64,000 bases of DNA from Verrucomicrobiales bacterium. GTDB taxonomy: Bacteria > Verrucomicrobiota > Verrucomicrobiia > Verrucomicrobiales > V1-33. Position numbers and translations under genes: made by a program. The notes under the pieces are model-generated. The model searched no databases. It saw nothing but the letters and a program-made list of their open reading frames with translations, and was not told the DNA's origin. Below, piece after piece: positions 9,450-18,906 of this stretch. Numbering within the stretch: the stretch's first letter is position 1; every line of letters begins with the position of its first letter. The stretch is taken from positions 1 to 64,000 of the forward strand of contig JANOAV010000187.1 in assembly GCA_031411295.1 (NCBI GenBank). Direction: 5' to 3'.

Positions 9450-9660
9450 GCAAGAGATTTTTTCAAACATTATCACACTAAATACCGATACTTAAGAAAT
9501 GTAGAACATTTACCAGAAGGTGTGCTCTCCCCTAAAGTTGCCGCCTTTTGCCTCGACAACTGGAGTGGCTGAGATTAGGGAAATAATTCACGGGCCATCT
9601 GGTTTACCACCGCTAACGAAGGTGAGTGCAAAGTCAGATTGCCCGTAGTCGCTATTAACT

Positions 9661-12600
9661 ATGTCAGAGAGTTCACCGTCACGCCGAGTGGGAAAATACC
9701 GGGTTCTGAAAGAACTGGGAAGGGGTTCCTTTGGCATTACGAGTCTTGCAGAGCATGTAAGCTTGGGGACACGCGTGGTCTTGAAAGAAATGATTGCCAG
9801 TGCGGTGGGGGATCGCACGGTGCGGGGTCGCTTTATCCAGGAAGCCCGGATCCAAGCGAAGCTCAGCGCGCAGCATCAAGGTATCGCGCAAGTCACGGAA
9901 CTGGAGGAAGACAGCACTCCGCCCTACTACATCGTCGAGCACTGCGACCTGGGAGATTTGGCCACGCTGGTGGAGCAGATGGGACCGTTCACCGTGGGGC
10001 ATGTCGTCTGGGTGATTCGGCAGGTGGCGGATGCGCTGAATTGCGTGCATCAGGAGGTCTGGCATCGCGATATCAAGCCTCATAACTTGGTGCTCGCGAA
10101 CTCTTTCCGCGCCAGCGGGGAGCCGATGCTTAAGATTATTGATTTCGGTTTGGCCCGGTTGCGAGGAGTCCAGGGCGCGGACAACCCCATGATGACCAAG
10201 GCTGGGCAGATGCTTGGCACCGTGCTGTTTAGCGCGCCGGAACAGTTGCGAAATGACGAAACAATTGATGGGCGATGCGATCTGTTTTCCTTGGGAATGA
10301 CGGCGTGGTTTCTGCTGGAAGGTCGCTCCCCCCTGCGGGGAAATTCTGGTCAAATCTTAAGTGAACGGCTGAGTTCTGACAGTTATGCCGATGCCCTGCC
10401 GTCCACGCTGCCTCCCTCGGTGCGGCGTTTACTGGAACGGCTCTTGGCGAAGAACCCTGACCAACGTCCGGCCACGGCCAAAGAGGTGGTGCAGGAGGCG
10501 GACCGCTGTCTCAGTGAACTGTGTTTTGTCTGGGAACCAATCGCCAAGCGTCAACGGGTGGTGTCCATCGGCGGGCGAAACATTCCCAGCATTTATGATA
10601 TCAATTTAAATTCCGCGATCACCGACGACTCCTGGGGGCAGTCGATGCTGGCAACGGTGCGCAGTGACCATCGGCATGTGCAATTGCGGGTCTTCCGTCA
10701 GGTGGACCCGGGCACTTTTGCCCGGCTGAGCCAAGCTGCCGGGCGGATCCGCGAGGCGCAATGCCCGCACCTGCCGCAAATGCGAGTGGAGAATCTGGAT
10801 GAAGGGGTGGTGGTGGAGGAGGAGTTGCTGATGGGGGCTTCCGATATCATGGAAGTCATCCGGGAAACGCATGCCCAGAGCCTCCCCCAAGCCGTGCGAC
10901 TTTTGCGGGCCGTGGCCGATGCTTGCGATGCCGTGAAAATGGTCGATTTACCGCAATTTCCGATCACGCTGAAATCAGTCGAACTCACGGTAGCGGCCCG
11001 CCGGTTTCGCGAACTCATCCCGCAGGGGAAATTCCAAATGCGCCTGCGGAGTGATTTTGCGATCTTCCTGCCGAACTACGAGGCGAAATCCCGCATGGCG
11101 GACAGCGAGGGCACGCTCAATGGCACCTTGGCTGGCGAGGCGGACTCCTCCATGTTCAGCGTGCCGCAGCGTTTCCTGCGCATCGTTTATTGGGTGCTGG
11201 CGGGCCGGGAGCCGCGCACCACCGCTTACTGGTGCGCGGAAGATTGCGACCCGATTCGAGGCCTGAATGAGGAATCCAACGTGATCATCAAACGGTATCT
11301 GGCGGGCAGTCCGTTACCGGAGGAATATCCCTGCGGGTATTTGCTGGAGCTTATTTGTCATGCTCAAGGCGTGACCTTTCCGGCTTCGGAGGAAAGCTCC
11401 CAGATAACCTACAAGGGTAGCAGTGCCCGCGTTACTTCTTCCACCGGGTCCTCTGGCGGCATCCGCCCCCCTTCACAGGTAGGACCACGGCCGGGCTCTG
11501 GAGTGGTGACTCCCGAACCTCCACCCGTCTTACCACCGCGGCCTCCCACCCCGCCTCCGTTGGATCTCGTGCGGCCACCGGAATTGCCGCCCATACCCAT
11601 AAAGCCGAAACCTGTGGCGGCCCCGGTGGTAACCAAGCCGTCGCAACCACCCGCCCAGCCTGCACCCAAGCCGGTCAAACTCGCAAAAGTAGTGCCCCTG
11701 CCAAGGCCGCCGGTTCAGGTCGTTAGCGATGGCCGCAACACCCCGGTTTTGGCTATTGCCATCTCCATCGGTATCATTGGCCTGGCTGCGTTGATCTATG
11801 CGTTGGTGCTGTTTATTAGCGTTCGCCCCCAAGAGCCGAAACAACAGGAAGAGATCGTGACGCCACCGCTCAAACCCCAACCCGATCCACCGGCTGCCGT
11901 GAAGCCCAAGCCGGAGCCGGCCAAAGAGGTCGTGAAGCCCACCCCTCCTCCAGAGCCGAAACCCATTCCCGTCCCCACGCCGCCGCCTCCGCCGCCAAAA
12001 CCGACGTTTATTAAATTGACCAGCCCGCCACAGGTTTCCAATCTACTGGTGACGCTGGGGGGTAAATCGTATCGTCCGGAGCAGAAGGAGGGGACGTGGG
12101 TGCTACCAACAGCTCCTCCAGCGGAAACTTCCGACTTTCAAGTCAGCGCTGTGGGGTATGTTGACAAAGTGCTCAACCTGCCCGCCAACGCCGCTTCGAT
12201 GGACCTGCCCACGCTGGAACGTCGTAAAGAGCTCATCGCGTTTGCTTTCACAGGGGGGGATTGTGATTACGAATTTGCCGAGCTGAAATGGGTGAGCGAT
12301 AAGCCTGATGAACCAGGGGTAATTCAGCCGCCGGTTGAACCCATAAAGGTCGCCCTCCAGACACCGCTGAGCCAGCTGAAAGCTCCCAGTGGGAAATATC
12401 AAATCACCCTGTCATCTAGCAAAAATTATATAGAACCAAGGCTCATTGGCTCTGGAGTCACCGCCTCTGACGCCAAGCCATACGCGCTGCCCAAGTCGTG
12501 GCATGGCAAAGCGGTATTCAACTTGAGAACCATTGTAAAATCCGCTGATCCTTGGAAAAACGTGCTTCAGTTAGACCCGAGGCGCGGCAGCTTTCTGGGC

Positions 12601-12867
12601 ACGTGGACGTCTGTGAATGATGATAGTTCCGATCCGCCTGATAATGTGCCAGTATTCAAATTCAAATTATCTGCCGCTGGGGAGGTGAGCTTCAGTATTG
12701 GGCCGGCAGCAGGTGACTTAAAGGGAAAGCCAGTAGCGGTTAAACTAAGCAGAATAGACGGTATGGACAATCGCATTAATGTAACTGCCCAGGCAGCGGC
12801 AGATTCCCCGACCGCGCTAGACCCCGCTGCGGTGGAAGGTAGTTGGACTCCCGCGGCCACGAAATAG
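9661..12867 (+). CDS. Membrane Hanks-type Ser/Thr kinase (kinase + pseudokinase-like domain + Pro-rich linker + TM + extracytoplasmic domain), paralog 1
   Basis: LGRGSFG, VVLK, RFIQE, HRDIKPHN, DFGLAR, APE, DLFSLG all intact; TM VLAIAISIGIIGLAALIYALVLFISV. Confidence 0.92.
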   Translation: MSESSPSRRVGKYRVLKELGRGSFGITSLAEHVSLGTRVVLKEMIASAVGDRTVRGRFIQEARIQAKLSAQHQGIAQVTELEEDSTPPYYIVEHCDLGDLATLVEQMGPFTVGHVVWVIRQVADALNCVHQEVWHRDIKPHNLVLANSFRASGEPMLKIIDFGLARLRGVQGADNPMMTKAGQMLGTVLFSAPEQLRNDETIDGRCDLFSLGMTAWFLLEGRSPLRGNSGQILSERLSSDSYADALPSTLPPSVRRLLERLLAKNPDQRPATAKEVVQEADRCLSELCFVWEPIAKRQRVVSIGGRNIPSIYDINLNSAITDDSWGQSMLATVRSDHRHVQLRVFRQVDPGTFARLSQAAGRIREAQCPHLPQMRVENLDEGVVVEEELLMGASDIMEVIRETHAQSLPQAVRLLRAVADACDAVKMVDLPQFPITLKSVELTVAARRFRELIPQGKFQMRLRSDFAIFLPNYEAKSRMADSEGTLNGTLAGEADSSMFSVPQRFLRIVYWVLAGREPRTTAYWCAEDCDPIRGLNEESNVIIKRYLAGSPLPEEYPCGYLLELICHAQGVTFPASEESSQITYKGSSARVTSSTGSSGGIRPPSQVGPRPGSGVVTPEPPPVLPPRPPTPPPLDLVRPPELPPIPIKPKPVAAPVVTKPSQPPAQPAPKPVKLAKVVPLPRPPVQVVSDGRNTPVLAIAISIGIIGLAALIYALVLFISVRPQEPKQQEEIVTPPLKPQPDPPAAVKPKPEPAKEVVKPTPPPEPKPIPVPTPPPPPPKPTFIKLTSPPQVSNLLVTLGGKSYRPEQKEGTWVLPTAPPAETSDFQVSAVGYVDKVLNLPANAASMDLPTLERRKELIAFAFTGGDCDYEFAELKWVSDKPDEPGVIQPPVEPIKVALQTPLSQLKAPSGKYQITLSSSKNYIEPRLIGSGVTASDAKPYALPKSWHGKAVFNLRTIVKSADPWKNVLQLDPRRGSFLGTWTSVNDDSSDPPDNVPVFKFKLSAAGEVSFSIGPAAGDLKGKPVAVKLSRIDGMDNRINVTAQAAADSPTALDPAAVEGSWTPAATK

Positions 12868-12881
12868 TGGGCAGTCACTTG

Positions 12882-12910
12882 TTGACAGGCTCGCAAAAAT
12901 TGAATAAATC
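12882..12910 (+). promoter_or_regulatory. Putative sigma-70 promoter of the outer-membrane barrel gene
   Basis: TTGACA (12882-12887), 17-nt spacer, TAAATC, then an AC-rich leader to ATG 12972. Confidence 0.4.
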
Positions 12911-12971
12911 GAAATTATCATCCTTAAATGACGCAACCAAAATAACCAATAACCACTAAATCACTACCACA

Positions 12972-13994
12972 ATGCATCTCCCAAAATTAACTTTCGGAAT
13001 TCTCTCTCTCGCAGCCGTGTCTGCCTATGCTCAACCAGGTTGGGTCATTAGCCAAGCCTCCCAAAGTGTTCCCGGTCGCCCTGCGGCAGCTCCTGCATTG
13101 GAGACGACTGCTTCTCCGTCGGTTCAAGCCGATAGCGCGCCTGCTTCCGCCCCATCCAGTGCGGGTAGCAGTTCCAAGCCGAAGCACAGCAGTTCCTCCG
13201 GTTCTTCCAGTGGTGGCGCTGGCAAATCGAGCGTGGACAAGAGCCCTCCTCCAATGATGACGAGCCCTGAGCCCTTCCAACTGACGCTGAGCGCAGGTTG
13301 GAACAGCAAGTATGAGTTCAAGCACTTCGATCAAATCTACATCGCCACTGCGGTAGGTGATAGCTCCGATAGCATTTGGCAGTTGAAGGCACAAGCCCAA
13401 TACGACAACTTCGGTTTCGGGGTCACCTTCATCCAATCCTTGGAAGAGCACAAAACCCGTTTCGCCCCTAACGACGGCAAAGATTACTATCAAGAAATCA
13501 TTCTAGGCGCCAACTACACCGCCGCACTGGCCCCTGATCTGGATGCTTCCGTCGGCTACAATTTGTCGCTCTTCCCCAATGAAGGCTTCCTGAATGGCAG
13601 CGTGCAAGGCGAAGCCCAGCTCCGCCTGCGCTACACTGGCATCGAACACTTCCAACCCTCCATCGCCTACTCCAACATCCACGGTGATGTAGCGTTCCTC
13701 GGTGACTGGATCGAAGCGCGCGTGGACAGCCCATGGGTGCTGCACCACAATGGTGACTTTGAAGTGGGATTCAACTTGTCTGCTGAAGTGGCCTATGATC
13801 TCAAGCTCAATACCAATCGCAGCAATGGCTTCGCTGGGGTTGTGTTGCGCGCTGCCGTCCCCGTGAAAGTCAGCAAAAATGTCGTCATTACTCTTAGTGG
13901 TAACTACGGCTGGGACATCGAAGACAAAAACCACTCTGCCCTCGAAAGCCAACTGGACTTCTGGGGTGGAGCAACTGTCTCCTACCGCTTCTAA
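12972..13994 (+). CDS. Outer-membrane beta-barrel protein (porin-like)
   Basis: Signal peptide ending AYA, Ser/Ala/Pro low-complexity linker, alternating beta-strand pattern, C-terminal GATVSYRF (BAM-type terminal Phe). Confidence 0.75.
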   Translation: MHLPKLTFGILSLAAVSAYAQPGWVISQASQSVPGRPAAAPALETTASPSVQADSAPASAPSSAGSSSKPKHSSSSGSSSGGAGKSSVDKSPPPMMTSPEPFQLTLSAGWNSKYEFKHFDQIYIATAVGDSSDSIWQLKAQAQYDNFGFGVTFIQSLEEHKTRFAPNDGKDYYQEIILGANYTAALAPDLDASVGYNLSLFPNEGFLNGSVQGEAQLRLRYTGIEHFQPSIAYSNIHGDVAFLGDWIEARVDSPWVLHHNGDFEVGFNLSAEVAYDLKLNTNRSNGFAGVVLRAAVPVKVSKNVVITLSGNYGWDIEDKNHSALESQLDFWGGATVSYRF

Positions 13995-14026
13995 GCTAGA
14001 CTAAGCAAACCAGCTTGTTGGTTGCT

Positions 14027-14064
14027 GCCGCCTCCCACGCCTCTGGCCGGGAGGCGGCTTTTTG
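14027..14064 (+). terminator. Rho-independent terminator
   Basis: Perfect 10-bp stem gccgcctccc / gggaggcggc followed by ttttt, just after the barrel gene. Confidence 0.8.
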
Positions 14065-14111
14065 TCTGCTGGCCCCCCACGTGCGGCAATTCCTTGGTGG
14101 TCCGTTGTGCT

Positions 14112-15119
14112 CTATCCGATGCGCTCCACCTTGAATCCTTTGGTGCGCAGCAGCGCCCCGATGCTTTGTTCTCCGCAGAAGTGCTGGGTGCCCGCGGCAA
14201 TCATCCAAGTGCCGGGTGCGGTGAGCGCTTCAATGCGCTTCAGCCAGGTTAGATTCCGTCCCTCCACAATGGCCTTCCGATAAATGATGGCATCCTCCGT
14301 GGTGCTGGCGAACAAGGCGTCCAGTTGGGTTTCATTTCCAGCCCGCCAAGCCGTGCGCAGATTTTCGGTGAGGGCGCGGTATTTCCCTTGTTCAGCCAGC
14401 CGCAGCGTGAGGTTTAACGTTTCCAGTTGAACCTCGGCCGGCAGGGCATTCAGCACGTCCAGCGCGTCCGCTTGCGACTCGAGCAATTGGATGGGCTTCC
14501 GATCCGCTCCGGCCCGACGACAGAGGTAGGACTCCACCCCGTGCACGCCCTCCAGTCCGCACTCCGCCGCCAATCCCTGCTGAATCCATTGGGCGGCCAG
14601 CCACGGTTTGCAGCTTAGCAAATAACGCAGGCCGGGACGGGTGGCGAGAAATTGCAGGAGCGACTGACGGGTCGCTGCGGGCACCAATTCTAACAAACCA
14701 TTTGCGGTCGGTAATGACCCCTTAGCTTTCACGGTTTTTTGCGCTTCAGGCAAGGACTGTTCATAGGGTGTGAACTCCAATAGTAAGCCTACGGATTTGG
14801 CGTAACAGCTATCGATCACCCGGGGCAGGGGATGATCCTGGGCCGCCAGGGCATGCAAGGTGCCCACCAAGAGGAAGCGTTGGGCTCCACGTTCGGCTTG
14901 CCAGGCAAGACCATTGGGGGAACGCGGCCCGACCACGGCTGGATTCGGATGGGTGATCACGCCTCCCTCAGGCTGATAGGGTGAGATCCGTGGCAGCGCC
15001 CGAGCGCTGACGAAGGGAAGCGCATGAGACGCAGTCTCCGCCTTGCCGAAGCAGGGGATGGCGATTCCCATGCTGGCTGCATATTTTATAAAATCCCGGC
15101 GGGTGGTCATAGAGCGCAT
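14112..15119 (-). CDS. TraB/GumN (TIKI-like) family protein, Tat-exported, paralog 1
   Basis: TRRDFIK twin-arginine signal; GTLH, LLEF, KPWLA, GVE, LLES, RN..W, AAGTQHF motifs. Confidence 0.8.
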   Translation of the reverse strand: MRSMTTRRDFIKYAASMGIAIPCFGKAETASHALPFVSARALPRISPYQPEGGVITHPNPAVVGPRSPNGLAWQAERGAQRFLLVGTLHALAAQDHPLPRVIDSCYAKSVGLLLEFTPYEQSLPEAQKTVKAKGSLPTANGLLELVPAATRQSLLQFLATRPGLRYLLSCKPWLAAQWIQQGLAAECGLEGVHGVESYLCRRAGADRKPIQLLESQADALDVLNALPAEVQLETLNLTLRLAEQGKYRALTENLRTAWRAGNETQLDALFASTTEDAIIYRKAIVEGRNLTWLKRIEALTAPGTWMIAAGTQHFCGEQSIGALLRTKGFKVERIG

Positions 15120-15249
15120 ATACCACTAAGGTAGTGAAAATACAACTAAATGCGATGGTCTGGGCGGTGATTCCGAATCTAATTTTTCCTTAATAAAGGG
15201 GTCTGGTTTGGGGCCTTGCAGGCAGCTGCGGCAGACAGAGTATGCGTTT

Positions 15250-15981
15250 TTACCAATGCACCTCGACGACAGCCCACTGCAGGGGCGATCCCAATCGTGG
15301 CTTGAAACGAAGGCGGCGCATCGTTTCCAGCAGAGCGGGGGGACTGGTGCCTTCACTTAAGCAGTATTTCACCACCCCGGAGGGTAGTATCGCCAGTTGG
15401 AAGAGGCTGGGTTCGTTGGGTTCTTCTAAAGTTACCGCCATGGTCGGCCATCCCGGAGCCTCTGCCAATCCCCGTTCAGCCAGGGCGGGTGGAAGATAGA
15501 GCTGTGGGGTCAGGGGTTCCAGGGACGGCACCACTTGGGCTTGGGGGCGTTGACGGGGTGGCAGCAGTGGACGATTGGCTGCGGCCAGTTGGGGCAGGGC
15601 TTGGAGCGGTGGCTCCCAATTAAATTTGTAGTCTGGGGAGTAGTCCTGATAGCTGGGGGTATAAGCCGGGAGCGGAAGTTGTGGGAGATGGCCCTGTTCC
15701 GATGATTTCAGGCGGATGAGCATGGCCGCCGGGGAACGGTCTTCCAGGGAGGCCAGGATCTGGGCGGAGGCGGGATCTTCGCCACGCAGCACCAAGACGC
15801 TTTGCTCGGGAGGAAGCCGACGGGTGGTCAGGGGGGTAATGACTTTGAAAAGATAAAATACGCCCAAGTGTCCGAGCAAGGACACGAACAGAAATAACGC
15901 CAGACGCCACCGTGAAGGTCGCCAAGCCTTGCCATCGAAGATGAGCGGCGGTGGTTGGCTGAGTTCCGTGGTCGTTTCCAT
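15250..15981 (-). CDS. TonB-like energy transducer (putative)
   Basis: Third gene after exbB/exbD; TM with SLLGH motif, Pro-rich linker, degenerate TonB-C-like tail (LPSGVV..MRRLRFKP). Start at METTTEL. Confidence 0.5.
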   Translation of the reverse strand: METTTELSQPPPLIFDGKAWRPSRWRLALFLFVSLLGHLGVFYLFKVITPLTTRRLPPEQSVLVLRGEDPASAQILASLEDRSPAAMLIRLKSSEQGHLPQLPLPAYTPSYQDYSPDYKFNWEPPLQALPQLAAANRPLLPPRQRPQAQVVPSLEPLTPQLYLPPALAERGLAEAPGWPTMAVTLEEPNEPSLFQLAILPSGVVKYCLSEGTSPPALLETMRRLRFKPRLGSPLQWAVVEVHW

Positions 15982-15988
15982 TTCCTTG

Positions 15989-16471
15989 CTAGGGTGCGAG
16001 GGAGGTGGCGATGGCTGGTTGGCATCCGGCGGCCCAGATGATGTCCTGTAATTCCACCACTCGACCATGGGACACCAGGACATCCGCGTTGATGATGACC
16101 TGACGGGAGATTCCGAGGCCAGCTTTGAGTTTGGCTGGCAGTTCAGCCAGGGTGACCTTTTCTTTATTCAAATACATCACCGAGGCTGGCTCTTCTTTAG
16201 GGGCGGGGGGATCGGTCCCACGGACATCCTCGACGGTTACGGGGACGGTCGGCTTGGGGGCAGGAATGCGTTGGGCTGTCACCGTCAGCACATGCGCCCC
16301 TTCCATGGGTCGCAAAGTGGAGGCGGACACGGGTAGCTCCACCCGTGATCCTCCCTGCACCACGAGGGAGGAGGTCACGAGAAAGAAGATCAAGAGCAGC
16401 AGGACGACATTTAGCAACGGAGCCACAAAGAGGAAATCCGGCCGCAACTTGAGAGTGCTCTGAAGTTTCAT
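15989..16471 (-). CDS. exbD: Biopolymer transport protein ExbD/TolR family
   Basis: APLLNVVLLLLIFFLV TM, VELP, INAD..VSHG.VV; directly downstream of exbB. Confidence 0.8.
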   Translation of the reverse strand: MKLQSTLKLRPDFLFVAPLLNVVLLLLIFFLVTSSLVVQGGSRVELPVSASTLRPMEGAHVLTVTAQRIPAPKPTVPVTVEDVRGTDPPAPKEEPASVMYLNKEKVTLAELPAKLKAGLGISRQVIINADVLVSHGRVVELQDIIWAAGCQPAIATSLAP

Positions 16472-16491
16472 AAGCTGCGGGGGAGGATCCC

Positions 16492-17184
16492 TTATTTACT
16501 GAAGTTGGCGACCTTGCGCTTCTTTTGATCTTCGGCCAACCGCTGGGCGCTTTCCTTGAAATCAACGATTTCCTTATTGGCACGACTGGCTGTGAGGAGG
16601 TTGACGATTTCGATGCCTCCACGCTCCATGTCGTGCAGCAGACTATTGAGAGCCGCTGCCAGGTAGGAATACAAAATATAGGCTGGGATGGCCACGGCCA
16701 ACCCACTGGCGGAGGTGACGAGGCTGCGGTAAATGCCCTTGGCCAAATCAGTCGTGGCGGCAAAGCCATTGGCCGTCACTGGCGTGAAGGTATCAATCAG
16801 CCCGAGCACCGTGCCCAGTAACCCGATTAAAGGCGCCAGGTAAGCAATGGCCAACAGCGCTGAAAGGTAGCGTTCCAACTTGGGCACTTCCAACTGGCCA
16901 GCTTCCTGCACGATTTGCTTCAACTCTTCCCGCGGAGCATCGTGCTGGACGATGGCTGAGTGGACCACCCGGGCGACAGGTCCAGGGGTGCCAGCGCAAA
17001 CGTGGAGTGCTTCGGCGTAATTCTTCTTGTGGATGAGATTCGCCAACCCTTGGAGGAGGTCTTGGACGTCCAAGTTGGCTCGGTGGAACAGGAAAAATCT
17101 TTCCAAGAAAATCCCCACGGCCAGCAAGCTACAGCCTAGCAACAGAAAGACGAGGGGGCCTCCTTGAAAGATGATTTCGAACAT
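16492..17184 (-). CDS. exbB: MotA/TolQ/ExbB proton channel family protein
   Basis: GGP start, APLIGLLGTVLGLI, GI..SLVTSASGLAVAIP. Confidence 0.88.
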   Translation of the reverse strand: MFEIIFQGGPLVFLLLGCSLLAVGIFLERFFLFHRANLDVQDLLQGLANLIHKKNYAEALHVCAGTPGPVARVVHSAIVQHDAPREELKQIVQEAGQLEVPKLERYLSALLAIAYLAPLIGLLGTVLGLIDTFTPVTANGFAATTDLAKGIYRSLVTSASGLAVAIPAYILYSYLAAALNSLLHDMERGGIEIVNLLTASRANKEIVDFKESAQRLAEDQKKRKVANFSK

Positions 17185-17330
17185 GATGAGTGATGGTATG
17201 CAAGTTCGGGGCCAATGAGCAACGGAAAAATTGGCTGCGAATTCTTAACTTCACAATATAGTCCATTTAACTAAATTTTCAAAATTTATTAAACAATTTT
17301 CGCTATTCCTGCAAATCCTGACGCCTCCCA

Positions 17331-18779
17331 ATGAAAACGCTGCTGGTTTATCACTATCATTTCCGCCCAGGCGGGGTCCGCAGCGTGATCGAGCGCGGGC
17401 TTATAGAATGGTGTTTCCAGGGCGTATGGGATCGTGTTGTGCTAGTTTGCGGAGAAGCTCCGCCACCCGCGTGGACTGCGGCCTTGGCGGGACGACTGCC
17501 GGGCGTGAGGTTGGAAATCTCCGCAAATTCTCAATTGGGTTACCTTTCTGAGCAAAAGAGCGGGTCGGTAACCAGACCCGGGCTTCGCAGAATAATCGGG
17601 GATTTGACGGAAGAGTTTCAGCCGAATTTAATCTGGGCCCACAATTTGTCTCTCGGGCGGAATTTGCTGGCGGGACTGGCACTCGGTCAAATCTGCGTTG
17701 AAAAGCAGGTCCGGATGCTTTGCCATGACCATGACTGGTGGTTACAGCATCGCTGGGAACGCTGGGAAGAAATGCGGGCCTGGGGGTTTGCTACCCTGGC
17801 CGAGGTAGCGAACGCCAGTTTTCCGACGGGCCCCCTGTTCCGTCATGTGGTGGTGCATCCGCAGGATGCCGCGCTGTTAGGAGAGGCCGTAACGTGGGTG
17901 GCGAATCCAGTGCCTCGTGCTGACGAGATGGTCGTGCCCCCCGCAGAGCAAGTGCGGGCTCAAGAGTTGTTGGGAAGACTGCGCTATTGGTTGGTGCCCG
18001 CCCGGGTGCTGCGTCGGAAAAATTTGCTGGAAGCGGTCTTGCTCCAGCGATTGCTGGCCCCCGAAGTAACCACCCTCCTGGTCGCTGGCCCAGCCTCCCC
18101 AGCAGAAGAGGCCTACGCCCGAGCGGTGGTGGCCGGAGCTGGGAAAATGGGGCTGGAAGTGCGCTTGGGAGTATCCCCTGACTTGGGATTAAGCGTGCCG
18201 GGGTTGATGGAGGGAGCCGAAGTGGTGCTGCAAACTTCGGTGCAAGAAGGATTTGGACTCACCGCGTTAGAGGCCTCCCAGCAGGGCAAGCCGTTGATTC
18301 TCAGGCGATTGCCGTTAGTGACGGCCTGGCTGGAGCAGATGGGCGGGGTCTTTCGCCATGCTTACGATCAACTAAAGTTGCCTGCGTCCTGCTTACCGTC
18401 GGAGGAACTTGGCCGATGGGAGCAGACGTGGCGGACTCGGTGCGCCTTCCTCCCCGCAGCCTGGAGGTCGCTGGCCGAGGCCACGGGAGCCGCAGACTTC
18501 AGCCACTTTGCGGGGCTCAGTTTAGCGGGCCAATTGCAGGTGATGGAAAATTTCCCAGCGCTCGAGTCCGGTTTTCGGCAGGCGAATCCGTGGCTGGAAG
18601 CATGGCGCACCAACGCTTGGCAGCCCGCCACCGCCCCCAAGTGTCCAGCGGACTGGCCCCAGCAGATGGAGCAAGTGTGGGACCACCCGCCCACCGCCGC
18701 CGGCACTTCGCTCGTCCATTTGGAGGAACTTTTCCGCGCCCACCTCAAGGATGCGGCTTGCTGGCCACTATTATGGTAG
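17331..18779 (+). CDS. Glycosyltransferase, GT-B fold (GT4-like)
   Basis: HYHFRPGGV, AHNLSLGRN, PARVLRRKN, SVQEGFGLTALEA. Confidence 0.75.
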   Translation: MKTLLVYHYHFRPGGVRSVIERGLIEWCFQGVWDRVVLVCGEAPPPAWTAALAGRLPGVRLEISANSQLGYLSEQKSGSVTRPGLRRIIGDLTEEFQPNLIWAHNLSLGRNLLAGLALGQICVEKQVRMLCHDHDWWLQHRWERWEEMRAWGFATLAEVANASFPTGPLFRHVVVHPQDAALLGEAVTWVANPVPRADEMVVPPAEQVRAQELLGRLRYWLVPARVLRRKNLLEAVLLQRLLAPEVTTLLVAGPASPAEEAYARAVVAGAGKMGLEVRLGVSPDLGLSVPGLMEGAEVVLQTSVQEGFGLTALEASQQGKPLILRRLPLVTAWLEQMGGVFRHAYDQLKLPASCLPSEELGRWEQTWRTRCAFLPAAWRSLAEATGAADFSHFAGLSLAGQLQVMENFPALESGFRQANPWLEAWRTNAWQPATAPKCPADWPQQMEQVWDHPPTAAGTSLVHLEELFRAHLKDAACWPLLW

Positions 18780-18906
18780 GTGGGGGATCACGTTGCGGCC
18801 ATCAATCCTAACGCCACGCCTTCACGTCCTGCAAAATGATTGGCGTCACTGGCCCCTGCAGATAATGACGTCGGATAAATTAATGTCGGCTTACTCCCAT
18901 TCTCTC

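Noticed and set aside
11400..12000. Pro-rich stretches as DNA tandem repeats
   Set aside because: Low-complexity coding linkers with no regular nucleotide period.
14112..15119. TraB as a conjugation gene indicating a plasmid or ICE
   Set aside because: Motifs are those of the TraB/GumN/TIKI family, not type IV secretion TraB; no relaxase or T4SS genes are present.
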